Below, one piece after another: positions 9,490-19,702 of a stretch of 64,000 nt of DNA. A program made the position numbers and the translations under genes. Each line of letters begins with the position of its first letter. The stretch's first letter is position 1. The notes under the pieces are model-generated. The model saw nothing but the letters and a program-made list of their open reading frames with translations, was not told the origin of the DNA and ran no database searches. The DNA lies in the NCBI GenBank assembly GCA_965214775.1, contig OZ243974.1, positions 2,272,001-2,336,000 on the forward strand, in the 5' to 3' direction. This stretch comes from Nitrosopumilus sp. Its GTDB lineage: Archaea; Thermoproteota; Nitrososphaeria; Nitrososphaerales; Nitrosopumilaceae.

Positions 9490-11400
9490 ATGTCTGAAAC
9501 CTTTGAAATTGGACTTGGCAACAACAATCCTGAAATTCGAAAAAAGGCTGATTCTGATTTTGTCTCATTTTGGGACGAGCAAGCAAGGCAGCTGTCTTGG
9601 TTTTCTCCTTGGGTTGAGACCCTAGATTGGAATCCTCCGTTTGCAAGGTGGTTTGTGGGCGGCAAAATCAACGCCTCCTTTAACACCCTGGATGTCCACC
9701 AGGCCTCAAAATCTCAAAAACCTGCCATATTGTGGGAGGGCGAAAACAACGAATCACGCGTGCTGACTTATAAGGACATTTTTATCCAAGTTCAAAAATT
9801 TGCAAATGTCCTAAAATCCCTTGGCGTGAAAAGCGGTGACCGTGTAACCATCTATCTTCCAATGGTCCCGGAACTGCCAATTGCCATGCTGGCCTGCGCA
9901 AGAATCGGCGCCACACATACCGTGATCTTCTCCGGATTCAGTGCGGCATCCATCAAAGACAGGATTGATGATTCGAAATCCAGAGTTGTAATCACCGCAG
10001 ATGGCGGATATAGAAGAGGCAGAGTTGTAAAGCTCAAAGAAACTATTGATAAGGCAATCCAAGGCTCTAATTTTGTCGAGCACGTTGTGGTTTTGGAGAG
10101 GACAAAAAATGAAATCACTTTAACTTCCAAAGATCATTTGTGGGGCAAACTCATGGAAGATGCGTCCCCCTTGTGCGATGCTGAGCATCTGGACAGTGAT
10201 CACCCTCTTTACATTTTGTATACTTCTGGCACTACTGGAAAACCAAAAGGTGTTTTGCATGGAACGGGAGGATATCTGACTCACTTGCATTCTACATACA
10301 AGTGGGCCTTTGACATTAAAGACTCTGACGTCTTTTTTTGTACTGCTGACATTGGGTGGGTGACTGGCCACAGCTATGTCGTTTATGCGCCTCTTTTGCA
10401 TGGTGCAACTGAGGTAATGTATGAGGGTGCGCCAGACTTTCCAGACGCCTCCAGGATGTGGGACATTTTACAGAAATACAAGGTTACCATATTTTATACC
10501 ACGCCTACTGCACTTAGAATGTTCATGAAGTTTGGAGACGACATTCCAAATTCTTTTGACCTGTCAGCATTGAGACTGCTTGGAACTGTGGGAGAACCAA
10601 TTAATCCCGAGGTCTGGAAATGGTATTTCAAAACCATCGGAAAGGAAAAATGTCCGATTGTTGACACGTGGTGGCAAACAGAAACCGGGGGCATGCTGAT
10701 CTCTTCCCTTCCTGGAATCGAAACCGTTCCCCTAAAGCCTGGCTCTGGCACTCGTGCCATTCCAGGCGTAAATATTGCTGTGGTTGATGAAAATGGCGCC
10801 GATGTGGCTCCAAACGCAAAGGGATACCTTGTCGTAAAGAACCCGTGGCCTGGAATGCTTTTGACTCTGTGGAATGATGATGAAAAATACAAAACCACCT
10901 ATTGGTCAAAATATGAAAACTGCTATTATCCTGGAGACTATGCTCTCAGAGATGACGATGGTTACTTGTGGCTTTTGGGCCGTGCCGATGATGTTTTGAA
11001 GGTAGCTGGACACAGAATTGGCACTGCCGAATTGGAAAGCTGTATCGTATCTCACAGCTCTGTTGCAGAATCTGCCGTCTGTGGAATCCCTGATGAAGTA
11101 AAAGGAGAGGCCGTCATTGCTTTTGTTGTTTTGAAACAAGGTATTGGCAAAAACAATGAATTGGAAAATGAACTCTTGACAAAAATCCGCGACGATATCG
11201 GTGCAATTGCCACTCCCAAACAAATCTGTTTTGTTCCCAAACTTCCAAAAACACGCAGTGGGAAAATCATGAGAAGACTGCTCAAAGCTATTGCCAGTGA
11301 TGAAAAAACTGGAGATGTAAGCACTTTGGAAGACGGCGCCGCAGTTGCCGAAGTCCAAGCTGCTTTTGATAAAGTTAAAAAATCAACAATTCAAAGTTAA
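9490..11400 (+). CDS. acs: Acetyl-CoA synthetase (AMP-forming acetate-CoA ligase family)
   Basis: YTSGTTGKPKG, ADIGWVTGHSY, DTWWQTETGG, LPKTRSGKIMRR. Confidence 0.93.
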   Translation: MSETFEIGLGNNNPEIRKKADSDFVSFWDEQARQLSWFSPWVETLDWNPPFARWFVGGKINASFNTLDVHQASKSQKPAILWEGENNESRVLTYKDIFIQVQKFANVLKSLGVKSGDRVTIYLPMVPELPIAMLACARIGATHTVIFSGFSAASIKDRIDDSKSRVVITADGGYRRGRVVKLKETIDKAIQGSNFVEHVVVLERTKNEITLTSKDHLWGKLMEDASPLCDAEHLDSDHPLYILYTSGTTGKPKGVLHGTGGYLTHLHSTYKWAFDIKDSDVFFCTADIGWVTGHSYVVYAPLLHGATEVMYEGAPDFPDASRMWDILQKYKVTIFYTTPTALRMFMKFGDDIPNSFDLSALRLLGTVGEPINPEVWKWYFKTIGKEKCPIVDTWWQTETGGMLISSLPGIETVPLKPGSGTRAIPGVNIAVVDENGADVAPNAKGYLVVKNPWPGMLLTLWNDDEKYKTTYWSKYENCYYPGDYALRDDDGYLWLLGRADDVLKVAGHRIGTAELESCIVSHSSVAESAVCGIPDEVKGEAVIAFVVLKQGIGKNNELENELLTKIRDDIGAIATPKQICFVPKLPKTRSGKIMRRLLKAIASDEKTGDVSTLEDGAAVAEVQAAFDKVKKSTIQS

Positions 11401-11930
11401 TTTTGTCTTAAATCCTTCAAGTCTGTTTCTAGGAGCATTTCAAACATCGCTTTTAATCCGCTGTGCTCTGATTTTGAGTCTTCATCCAGGCTTTGATATT
11501 CTGTTTTCTTTATTTCATCTAGTCTGCTGCTTGCATCTTTGAAATATTCTTCAAACTCTTCAATTTTTTCATCAGTCATTTTTGTCAAATCAAAAATCAC
11601 CGTGTTGCTTCCAAGAAGTTCCCTGTTTTCGTCATACAGGCTGGTGGCCTGCAATACTCCTGGAAACGTGCTACCGTCCTCCCGCCTGAACGTGATTTTT
11701 CTATCTGTAACCTTGCCTGTATCAAACCATGCTTTTAGCGAGTCATTCATTGCTTGCCATTCTTCTTTTGGTACATGCTCGAAGATTGACCTTCCTAGAA
11801 TCTCTGACTTTGAATATCCCAGATTTGCCGCATATGTTGAATTACAGTCCAAAATCACGCCTATGGAGTTGATCCTTCTCCACATTATTGGCGCGTCTTT
11901 GAGTGTCTTTCGGGCTTTTGTTTGAGGCAT
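11397..11930 (-). CDS. Stand-alone PAS-domain protein
   Basis: N..YA..LGYSKSEILG, RREDGSTFP, LYDEN..LLG pattern of PAS/PAC. Confidence 0.82.
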   Translation of the reverse strand: MPQTKARKTLKDAPIMWRRINSIGVILDCNSTYAANLGYSKSEILGRSIFEHVPKEEWQAMNDSLKAWFDTGKVTDRKITFRREDGSTFPGVLQATSLYDENRELLGSNTVIFDLTKMTDEKIEEFEEYFKDASSRLDEIKKTEYQSLDEDSKSEHSGLKAMFEMLLETDLKDLRQN

Positions 11931-11970
11931 TTTTTAAAATTAGACTGGCTAGTTATTAAATTAAAATTTT

Positions 11971-12993
11971 CTAAAACCATTGATCCAGATTCTGACTTTT
12001 CTTCTCTAGGGCTTTTTTCAGCCTGTTTAGGGTTGACTGTACTCTGTCCTCTGAGAAACTGCGCTCTTCTACCAGATACCGTATCATTCCCTCATAATCA
12101 GTTTTTTCAAAAATAATTTCGTCTACCTCTGCTACTTTGGGATCGAGAAATATTTTTCTTATCTGCTCATAATCGATTTCTTGCAACTTTTCTTGTATTT
12201 GCGGAATGTCTTCTAATCTGGAGTGCTGTTTTATCATTTTTAATGCTGTTTTTGGCCCGATTCTCTCAAACCCGTTTGGATTAAAATCGGTTCCAATCAA
12301 AATTCCCACGTCGACTAACTCTTCCCTTGTTAATTGTAGTTCATCTAGTGTCTTTTGTGTTTCAATTGTTTCTGGAACTATGTCGATGTATGTATTGCGA
12401 TTTGGAATTTTCCTTCTTCCGCTGTTTGTAAAATTTCTGACTAGTTTCTTTGCACCGCATAATATTGAATCAAAATCCTGGCTTGCAGATGCATGTGCCT
12501 GCCCTGTATTTGTCAGATGCGCTGCAGTTGCCTCCCCTTCTGATGGCGCCTCTATGTATGGTATTCCAAAATATGTCAAAAGCTGCTTTGATTCTTTTAC
12601 CATTCCATCTTTCATGCTGGTTGTTTGCTGTGCATATTTTCTTGCATCCTCGATATTTCCTTCTGCAATAGCTTTTTCGTATTTTACGGTTGCGTCTTTT
12701 TTGATTTGTTTTCTTCGCTCAATTTCCGCTGTTTTTAGTGAGGGTGGCTTGCCGTCAAAAACATAGACGGGTTTTATTCCCAATGACAAAAAATTGACAT
12801 TTCTGTAAAACAGTCCGCTTAGATGGCTCGTAATTCTGCCTTCCGAATCTGACAGTTGGAGTCCGTCAGGCCCCCTTATGCTTGCTAGAAACTGGTAGAT
12901 CGCATTGTATGCATCAATTGCTATGACTTTGTTTGCAAATGACTCTAGCGTTGTTTTTTCCCTGACAACTAGATCTTTGAGGTTTAATCCCAT
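11971..12993 (-). CDS. fen: Flap endonuclease 1
   Basis: [33 protein letters not shown] and C-terminal PIP box QNLDQWF. Confidence 0.97.
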   Translation of the reverse strand: MGLNLKDLVVREKTTLESFANKVIAIDAYNAIYQFLASIRGPDGLQLSDSEGRITSHLSGLFYRNVNFLSLGIKPVYVFDGKPPSLKTAEIERRKQIKKDATVKYEKAIAEGNIEDARKYAQQTTSMKDGMVKESKQLLTYFGIPYIEAPSEGEATAAHLTNTGQAHASASQDFDSILCGAKKLVRNFTNSGRRKIPNRNTYIDIVPETIETQKTLDELQLTREELVDVGILIGTDFNPNGFERIGPKTALKMIKQHSRLEDIPQIQEKLQEIDYEQIRKIFLDPKVAEVDEIIFEKTDYEGMIRYLVEERSFSEDRVQSTLNRLKKALEKKSQNLDQWF

Positions 12994-13212
12994 GACTTTG
13001 TATGCTTTTTGCTATATTTTGAATTTGTCATTTTGTAATTTTTCATGAGAATTCTCATTCCGTTTTAACCTTGATTATCTCTTGTCGCATTTTATGATTT
13101 GCAAGTAATCGGTTAGATTGAGCGCGAGGAGGATGAGAGTTGGTTCGAAGCTAGCGGGTTCGAATCACGCATAAGCGAATTTACATTATTAAATCAATTA
13201 AAATGCCCACAT

Positions 13213-13335
13213 CGGTACTTCCTAGGTGTGCTTTTGCAGACCCGGCACGACATAGCCGCTAATTTCGTTTGCGCATATGGTCTTTTGCAAATTACGTAAT
13301 TGCCGTGCCTGTAAAAGTACCCTTGGGAAGTACTG
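13213..13335. mobile_element. Degenerate ISH3-type MITE
   Basis: Imperfect 17-bp IR (CGGTACTTCCTAGGTGT vs CAGTACTTCCCAAGGGT, 13/17), ACAT on both flanks. Confidence 0.5.
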
Positions 13336-13993
13336 ACATGACAGGTTATTTGTAAAATTACTTGATAAATGTACAGAAGAATCCGGGAATTTATGCGGTT
13401 TCTAATTTCGGATAATCTCTCAACCCAAGGCCAAGATCGAACTGTACTCGTCAAGGCGGTGTATGGTGACAGGTTGCCACGATCGAAAAATACAGAGCCA
13501 AGACTAGAAACGTCGACCTGACCGCTAGGGTGTTGTATTTTTGCTATTCCCTGATACTGTTCAACGAGTGGATAATTGCATGGCACTGCTCTGCGATGAA
13601 TCCTGGGTCAGAGTGTCATGACGATGCCGGTATTCAAGGAGGACATGACGATTCATATCAAGTAGCCCAAGCTCCACCCTGACGCCAAATCCTGGACGCT
13701 TTTCACTTATCTGAACATGCCGCTAGTGTTTTAGATTTGTTTTTACTCTGTCAAGAATTCTTTCTGCCCACTTTATGGATTTTTCTGCCTGGTCGCCTCT
13801 CATCAAATCTGGCTGATACTCTGATGCATTTTTCAGACTAAGTAGCGAGCTAAACTGCCTTTCTACGTCTTTGAATTCTGAACCAGCAAAGATGCCTTTT
13901 ATAAGCAATAACACATCAGTATGTGATCCTGAGGCGCGTTTGTTTAGATGAAAGGTTGTAAGTGCATCTAACGCATTAATTGCACCGTGTACG

Positions 13994-15128
13994 TAGTATC
14001 CTCGGCTACCAATTGATCACAAAAAGGACAATTTTTTTCAACCAAAGGATCTAAGAGCTATTAGTCCCATATATACACATGAAAGGAAAGAAGGAATTAC
14101 CGACGGGAACAGCGTTCCTGTACGGGATAGCAAGCAAGGACGAGCTTTTTAGGATGCACAAGTCCGAGAAGGACGCCAAGGCGGCAATCCGGCTCCTTGC
14201 ATACCACATGAGAAAGTGCGGCGCGAGCATATATGATATTGCCGAGAAGCTGAGCAGGCCGTATGGAACCGTACGATACTGGCTGGTGCGTGCGCACAAG
14301 CATGGCCTGGAGGGCAGGTTTGACATAAAGCATGGCGCCCCGTGCAGGCTCGACAAGAAACAGCTTGAACGGCTGCGCGCAGACCTGATCAAGGGCCCGG
14401 ACAACTGCGGCTTTAAGGCCACAACATGGACAGGGCCGCTGGTCATTGCCCACGTCAAAAAGAAGTTCGGCATCACGTATGCAGAAACGAGCATGTACGA
14501 CCTGCTGCACAGAATCGGCTTCTCATGCAGAAAGCCCAGGCCAAAACACCCAAAATCAGCCTCAGAATCCGAGAAAAAGGAGTTCAAAAAAAAAGCTAGG
14601 CAGAGCGCAAAGTACTATTCAAAAAAGGGGTACACGGTAATGATAGGCGACGAGTCCATGTTCATACTGGGATGGAACGTCAAGAACAGCTGGTACCCCG
14701 TAGGAGAGCCGGTCTATACGCCCGTCAGCCTGTCTAGGAAGCGGTTCTATGTCATAGGGGCCCTCTCAAGAAACAGGTTTGACTATCGCTTTTACGAAAA
14801 GGCCAACACGGGAACATTCTACAAGTTTCTCAGGACACTGCGCCGCAAGTACGGCAAGGTGTTGTTGTTTGTCGACAACGCATCGTACCACAAGTCAGCA
14901 GAACTCAATAGAAAGATGGCCAAGTGGAACGGGGACGTGGTGCTAAAGTACCTGCCGCCGTACGCGCCGGAGCTTAACAACTCGGAGGGGCAGTGGCGCG
15001 GGTTCAAAAAGGCGACTTCAAACTGCCTTTACAAGACCGTCAAGGAGATGCAGAGATCACTGCGCAGTATGACGCGCAGGGGCGAGATAAAGGTGGTAAA
15101 GATGAACAAATGGCTGACGTAGATACTA
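13994..15128 (+). mobile_element. IS630-family element type B, copy 1
   Basis: Ends TAGTATC / GATACTA, CG (or ACG) duplicated; near-identical to 22564-23697. Confidence 0.93.
14079..15122 (+). CDS. IS630-family transposase (in-frame A9 allele)
   Basis: GFSCRKPRP, DES, DNASYH, LPPYAPELN..E..W. Confidence 0.93.
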   Translation: MKGKKELPTGTAFLYGIASKDELFRMHKSEKDAKAAIRLLAYHMRKCGASIYDIAEKLSRPYGTVRYWLVRAHKHGLEGRFDIKHGAPCRLDKKQLERLRADLIKGPDNCGFKATTWTGPLVIAHVKKKFGITYAETSMYDLLHRIGFSCRKPRPKHPKSASESEKKEFKKKARQSAKYYSKKGYTVMIGDESMFILGWNVKNSWYPVGEPVYTPVSLSRKRFYVIGALSRNRFDYRFYEKANTGTFYKFLRTLRRKYGKVLLFVDNASYHKSAELNRKMAKWNGDVVLKYLPPYAPELNNSEGQWRGFKKATSNCLYKTVKEMQRSLRSMTRRGEIKVVKMNKWLT

Positions 15129-15244
15129 CGCAATTCATTACAGTGCTGTCAATGCTTGTCTTTCTAGTGCAACTTTTGCTAACTGTATAGAGTTTTCTGC
15201 TTTTGTAATGTAATTTGCATATTTGTAAAAATCTACGTCTCTAG

Positions 15245-15853
15245 TCATTGTATCATGCTCTCCAAGTTCTTGCCACAAATTATGACATGGTTTGTAATGA
15301 TTGAACGGATCAAACCGCTTTTCTTTTTGGATTCAAGTTCTTTTTCCGAGAATATTATCGGTGCAAGCTGAGCATGAAATACTTCTGCTACTTCTACTAG
15401 AGCGTTTGAAACTATTTGGCTTGCGGCATCAAAATCATTTGATATGACAAGTATGTCAATATCGCTATCTGGCTTCTCTTTTCCCTTTACAACACTCCCA
15501 AACAGTGCAGCAGAGATAATGATTTTTTTTTCATCAAGATTTTTTTTTAGAACTTTAAGCAACACATCTAAAGTTTCTTTTTCAATCTTGAAGATAGGTT
15601 CGATTATCTTGTTGAAGATGTAGTTTTTCTTGTTCAAGGATATCTGATGCGACCTTCCAACAGGCTGAATCCTGACGATGCCAAGATCTTCAAAATCACG
15701 AATTGTAAGGGCTGCTTCATTGACAGAAACATTTGCTGTTCTGGCAAGACCTCTTTTGGTAAAGATCTTGGCTTGATATCTAACCATTGTTCTAAGTAGA
15801 CGTATGGCTGCCTTGTTACCCAAAACCTGTTCAAGATAGTCGCGAAATTGCAT
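15245..15853 (-). CDS. HTH plus minimal nucleotidyltransferase (MNT antitoxin)
   Basis: LFGSVVKG....DSDIDILV nucleotidyltransferase motif, N-terminal wHTH-like region, adjacent HEPN gene. Confidence 0.88.
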   Translation of the reverse strand: MQFRDYLEQVLGNKAAIRLLRTMVRYQAKIFTKRGLARTANVSVNEAALTIRDFEDLGIVRIQPVGRSHQISLNKKNYIFNKIIEPIFKIEKETLDVLLKVLKKNLDEKKIIISAALFGSVVKGKEKPDSDIDILVISNDFDAASQIVSNALVEVAEVFHAQLAPIIFSEKELESKKKSGLIRSIITNHVIICGKNLESMIQ

Positions 15854-15856
15854 TAT

Positions 15857-15918
15857 TATGTCCTATATTTAAGACATATGTCCTATATTTAAGACATATG
15901 TCCTATATTTAAGACATA
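15857..15918 (-). promoter_or_regulatory. Triplicated 20-bp near-palindrome containing a TATA-like box upstream of the MNT-HEPN operon
   Basis: (TATGTCCTATATTTAAGACA)x3; ATGTC-N10-GACAT dyad; TTAAATA on the minus strand. Confidence 0.7.
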
Positions 15919-15927
15919 ATTAATGGT

Positions 15928-16230
15928 CAGTATTTCCAGAAGCAACTCATGTAAGCACCGGTGGATGGGTTGGAGTGGCGTTCTATAGTGTGACATACAG
16001 TGTTTGAACACGTCATTGAGGCACTGCTGGTTGATTAGGAGATCCTCTGTAATGATCCCCGCAATGATCCTCGTCATCATGCCTGTCATGACCTATGCAT
16101 TGAAGATGGTTACCGAGTGTGCAAAGTACAACATTCTCACGACCGGGCTCTTGATGTGGGTCTGGATTCTTGTGTTCGTAGCGGGGTTGTTTCCTAATTC
16201 CGCCTACCTGACTCAATCTGTATGTTTTTC
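15928..16230 (-). pseudogene. ISH3-family transposase C-terminal remnant with one end
   Basis: Minus frame ...TRIQTHIKSPVVRMLYFAHSVTIFNA*VM resembles the C-terminus of the intact ISH3 transposase; TIR-like CAGTATTTCCAGAAGCA at 15928. Confidence 0.6.
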
Positions 16231-16312
16231 TTAATTTTCACCCCTTTGCACACCTGATCCATGTAATGTCTTAACGGTTTTCAGGAATTCTGGTGAATTA
16301 GAAAACAACTCC

Positions 16313-16415
16313 GTTCGTAGCAGGTCGGGCTCTGGAAGTTCATGTATGAATTTTGTCAGTAATGACTGCCGATCAAATAGAATTTGTTCGTAGCAGGTCG
16401 GGCTCTGGAAGTTCA
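16313..16415. repeat. 30-bp perfect direct repeat x2, period 73 bp
   Basis: GTTCGTAGCAGGTCGGGCTCTGGAAGTTCA at 16313-16342 and 16386-16415. Confidence 0.9.
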
Positions 16416-17370
16416 GGCGCGAATCTTGCGACCTCGGAGGTCTCCCGGGCATTACCACTGGCCATCAGTAGGATTTGGAAAAATTACAACACATAAAGAT
16501 CACAGGATCTGTCTTTCCTGTATTGGTTGGAGATCCTGATATTATTGACATGGACTGGAACAATCCCGACGTACGCTGCCTGTTTGAACACATGAAGTCA
16601 AGGATGGAGAAGATTGAAAAAAGAAAACCAGCGACTGCAAAAAGAAAACGTGTAGCTAAGGACGCAGCTCGCACAGCAACAGTAGACAGCGGCCGCATCT
16701 GGATCCGGACCGGCTCTTCTGAAGGAGGAATGTAAGAGATCAAACCTCCGCGACTACAACATACGCAAGTTAGATGACTTTCCGCACCCCGAAAAGCCGG
16801 CCCCCAAAAAAAGAAACCCGATACCAAGGCCGTCATCCATACATGTTTGGTAGACATCAAGTTCTGTCCGACTGCAATAACAAGCTCCTGGCTGGTTTGA
16901 AGAACATCCAAAGGGCTAAGAAGGCAGCAGCTAGGATTCTGAAATCGATTCTTAATTTTAGGTATAAATTCTGATTGAACGATTCTTTTTGGTGGCAAAA
17001 TTAGTGCCTGAACTTCCAGAATATGATGTGCTATGTGACTGCCTTTGAGGATGAGCTGCTCACCCTCGGAATCAAACTGAAAGCTCCGGTATGGTGAGAC
17101 ATAATTTTCATATGATACAAAATTAAATTTGACTCGTGAAACATAACTAAAACAAGTCTTGTTTTTCATTTTCATCTAAAGAAAAACAGCAAATAACTGA
17201 GATTATTATTTTGAATAATTCTGATGGTCTTGCGTCTATTTTTACTGACACTCAGTGACACGAAACGGGGAAGGCAAGGCATCAAATTAAAAATAAATTC
17301 CAAGACAAATTATTTGATACTGATGATTGCCTCTGATTTGCTTTATTATGGAGAATGTTCAAGACTAAAT

Positions 17371-17452
17371 GCCGGGATAGCCAAGCGGTAAGGCGGCCGT
17401 CTCGAAAACGGCTACGCGCAAGCGTGCAGGGGTTCAAATCCCTTTCCCGGCG
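17371..17452 (+). tRNA. tRNA-Ser (anticodon CGA)
   Basis: Acceptor GCCGGGA/TCCCGGC, anticodon arm GCCGT-CTCGAAA-ACGGC, long variable arm, GGTTCAAATCC T arm, no encoded CCA, no intron. Confidence 0.96.
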
Positions 17453-17493
17453 TCTAACAAACGGTTAAAATTCCGTCCTTCTCAAGAAACTTC

Positions 17494-17679
17494 ATGGCAA
17501 AAGAAACAGAATCAAAAATTGAGGGTTCTGGAATTCCTTTGGGTGAATTAATCGGACATTTTAAGGAAAAATGCAAGATGTGTGGCCATCATAGGATAAT
17601 GCATAATGAACTGGGCAAGTGTGAGGGTGTGATGAATAAGCCCTGTAACTCTGGATGTGATGCATTTGAAGCTGAATAA
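17494..17679 (+). CDS. Small Cys/His-rich putative metal-binding protein
   Basis: CKMCGHH...H....C......C...C..F in a 61-aa ATG ORF. Confidence 0.72.
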   Translation: MAKETESKIEGSGIPLGELIGHFKEKCKMCGHHRIMHNELGKCEGVMNKPCNSGCDAFEAE

Positions 17680-18146
17680 GGCAAAATGGGTTGTGTGGCA
17701 GCATCTTTGAATATGGAAGTTCAGGCATGAATTTTACTACTGATGAATGCAGATCAAAATAGAGTTTGCACCTAAAATCAGAAACGGCTTCTAGAACCAG
17801 TTCAGTTACCAAAATTTGCTAATTATAATTCACTTCTCAGGCCGGGTTCTGTGCAATCTTCGACACCTGAAATATGGATCTTCTCCGTGTCAAGTGCCGT
17901 CGCCTGAATTTTGGTTGGCTGGCAGTGTACCTTCTAGCTTGGATTTTAGACAATGCTCCGCTTGGAATCATCTCAATTCAAAGACGTTTGTCGAATAGTC
18001 CACTACTTCGGGGTAATTGCAAGGAATGAATTCTTTGGGCGATGCCTGTGCATGAATGTAATCCATAATATACGTTCCATTTGCTTGTCTTATTCCCGTT
18101 AGTTGGTAAAGCACAAGATAGCCTCCATAATCATTTTCTTGGCAGT

Positions 18147-19702
18147 AGACTTTATGCGTAATCGGCCCATCTGATCTAAAAATACGACACAATAGATCAT
18201 TATTTGCACACCAACAACCCTAAAGATCTGTATGATTCCCTAACTGTATGGGCTCAAATGACAAGACTCTCCAAGCATTTCAAGCGTTACAAGCGCAACA
18301 CGAGATGCTAGTCGAGCAACACGAGATGCTAGTCGAGCAACACGAGCAGGTATCCAAGCAAAACAAACAGATGTCCAAGCAAAACGAGCGTATGAGGAAG
18401 CAGCTTGCGTTTGAGGACTCACTGTGGCAGTCCGAAGAAAACAAGACAAAAAGAGTCGTGCGCGGCGGGACGCCTCTGCGGATGCACGCAATCGAGGTTG
18501 CAGACGGCATAATCGGCGATCCGGTGCGCCTTTGCAACGTCACGGGATGCACAAAGGAGTCATTTACGATCATACTGGAGCGCTTTACGGAAGAAGTCAT
18601 GGACGACGAGGACAGACCCCTGTTCTGGGAGGACGACGTAAGAGGCGGCGATGCCGGAAACCGGTGCAAACTGTACATCAGGCACGCGCTGCTTGCAGTA
18701 CTCATGAGCATAAGGACCAAGGCAACGCAGCATCATCTGGCCGCAACGTTTGACGTCGACCAGTCCACAATGTCCAGGTACCTCCGGTACGGTGCCGTGT
18801 TACTGCGCCGGCTCCTGCCTGCCTCCGAAAAGCTAACAAGCATCATCTGCAAGACCCCGGCAGGCAAGCTGGAGGAGGTGCTGATCCCAAAAAAGACGCT
18901 CCTGATTGACGGCACCCTGACTCCGGTAGACAGGCCCGGGGACAGGACCGCAAGAAAGACCAGATATTCGGGAAGAAAAAAGCGGCACATGTTCAACACG
19001 ATAATTACCTCGAACCTGGACGGCCTCATACTGCACTGCGGCAAGACTGTGGACGGAAGCGTCAACGACAAGGGCGTGATGAACGCAGGGGGCGGCCCGG
19101 ACTTTGGAAGGCACACCGGATCAATGAGGAATGCAAAAAACGCAGACGATCCGGAAGAGGCGTTTGTGATTTACAGCGACCTGGGATTTGAGGGCATTCA
19201 AAAGATGCTTCCGGGCGCCATACACAGGCAGCCCCCAAAGAAGCCCAGGGACGGGGATCTTACTGCAACGCAAAAGAGGCGCCGCAAGCAGATAAGCAGG
19301 GTTCGCGTCAGGGTGGAGCACCACATAGGGCGGCTCAAAAGATATGGCATTCTTACCATGCCGTTTGGCGGAACTGCCAAGGATCTCAATTATTTCATGC
19401 AGATAATCACGGGTCTTGAGAACCTCAAGACGATGTTGAAAAGGAAAAAATACTATGGCCAGCTGCTGCAGCAGCTGCATCTGCTGCCAGACACATGACA
19501 TACGGCGGTACGGACCGCCATTCTTTCTGACTTGTCAACGGGGCACATTGCCGTGCTGCATGGTTGCGCACGTTCTTTTGGCGCAACTGGCTTTTACGTG
19601 CGTCATGACACGAGATGCATGCGGTAATTTGATCCGATCAGCGCATTTGCGTTTGGAAAAGCCTACGGAATTTTTAATCACGGTCGATTACGCATAAAGT
19701 CT
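18147..19702 (+). mobile_element. IS5-family (ISL2-group) element, copy 2, intact, 1556 bp
   Basis: 18-bp perfect TIRs, AGT duplicated. Confidence 0.97.
18248..19498 (+). CDS. DDE_Tnp_4-type transposase with N-terminal coiled coil
   Basis: HTH (LAATFDVDQSTMSR), IDGT....DRP, YSG.KK.H, G...D, SDLGF, R..VEH.IG.LK. Confidence 0.95.
   Translation: MGSNDKTLQAFQALQAQHEMLVEQHEMLVEQHEQVSKQNKQMSKQNERMRKQLAFEDSLWQSEENKTKRVVRGGTPLRMHAIEVADGIIGDPVRLCNVTGCTKESFTIILERFTEEVMDDEDRPLFWEDDVRGGDAGNRCKLYIRHALLAVLMSIRTKATQHHLAATFDVDQSTMSRYLRYGAVLLRRLLPASEKLTSIICKTPAGKLEEVLIPKKTLLIDGTLTPVDRPGDRTARKTRYSGRKKRHMFNTIITSNLDGLILHCGKTVDGSVNDKGVMNAGGGPDFGRHTGSMRNAKNADDPEEAFVIYSDLGFEGIQKMLPGAIHRQPPKKPRDGDLTATQKRRRKQISRVRVRVEHHIGRLKRYGILTMPFGGTAKDLNYFMQIITGLENLKTMLKRKKYYGQLLQQLHLLPDT

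Larger units (their letters stand above)
13723..15248 (-). pseudogene. HEPN-domain protein (MNT-HEPN partner) disrupted by an IS630 element
   Basis: Removing the IS restores one frame MTRDVDFYKYANYITKAE...MNCVHGAINALDAL...KNASEY...LKH; start overlaps the MNT stop (ATGA). Confidence 0.85.

Noticed and set aside
13154-13170. tRNA T-arm-like GCGGGTTCGAATCACGC as a tRNA or att site
   Set aside because: No cloverleaf can be built, it does not match the tRNA-Ser T arm, and no integrase is in the window.
16465-17175. 236-aa minus-strand ORF and small plus-strand ORFs
   Set aside because: No recognisable motifs, atypical composition, and a decayed region; not supportable as genes.
19455-19697. 80-aa Cys-rich ORF repeated in each ISL2-type copy as a second IS gene
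   Set aside because: It overlaps the transposase end and the TIR, and its recurrence only reflects copy identity.
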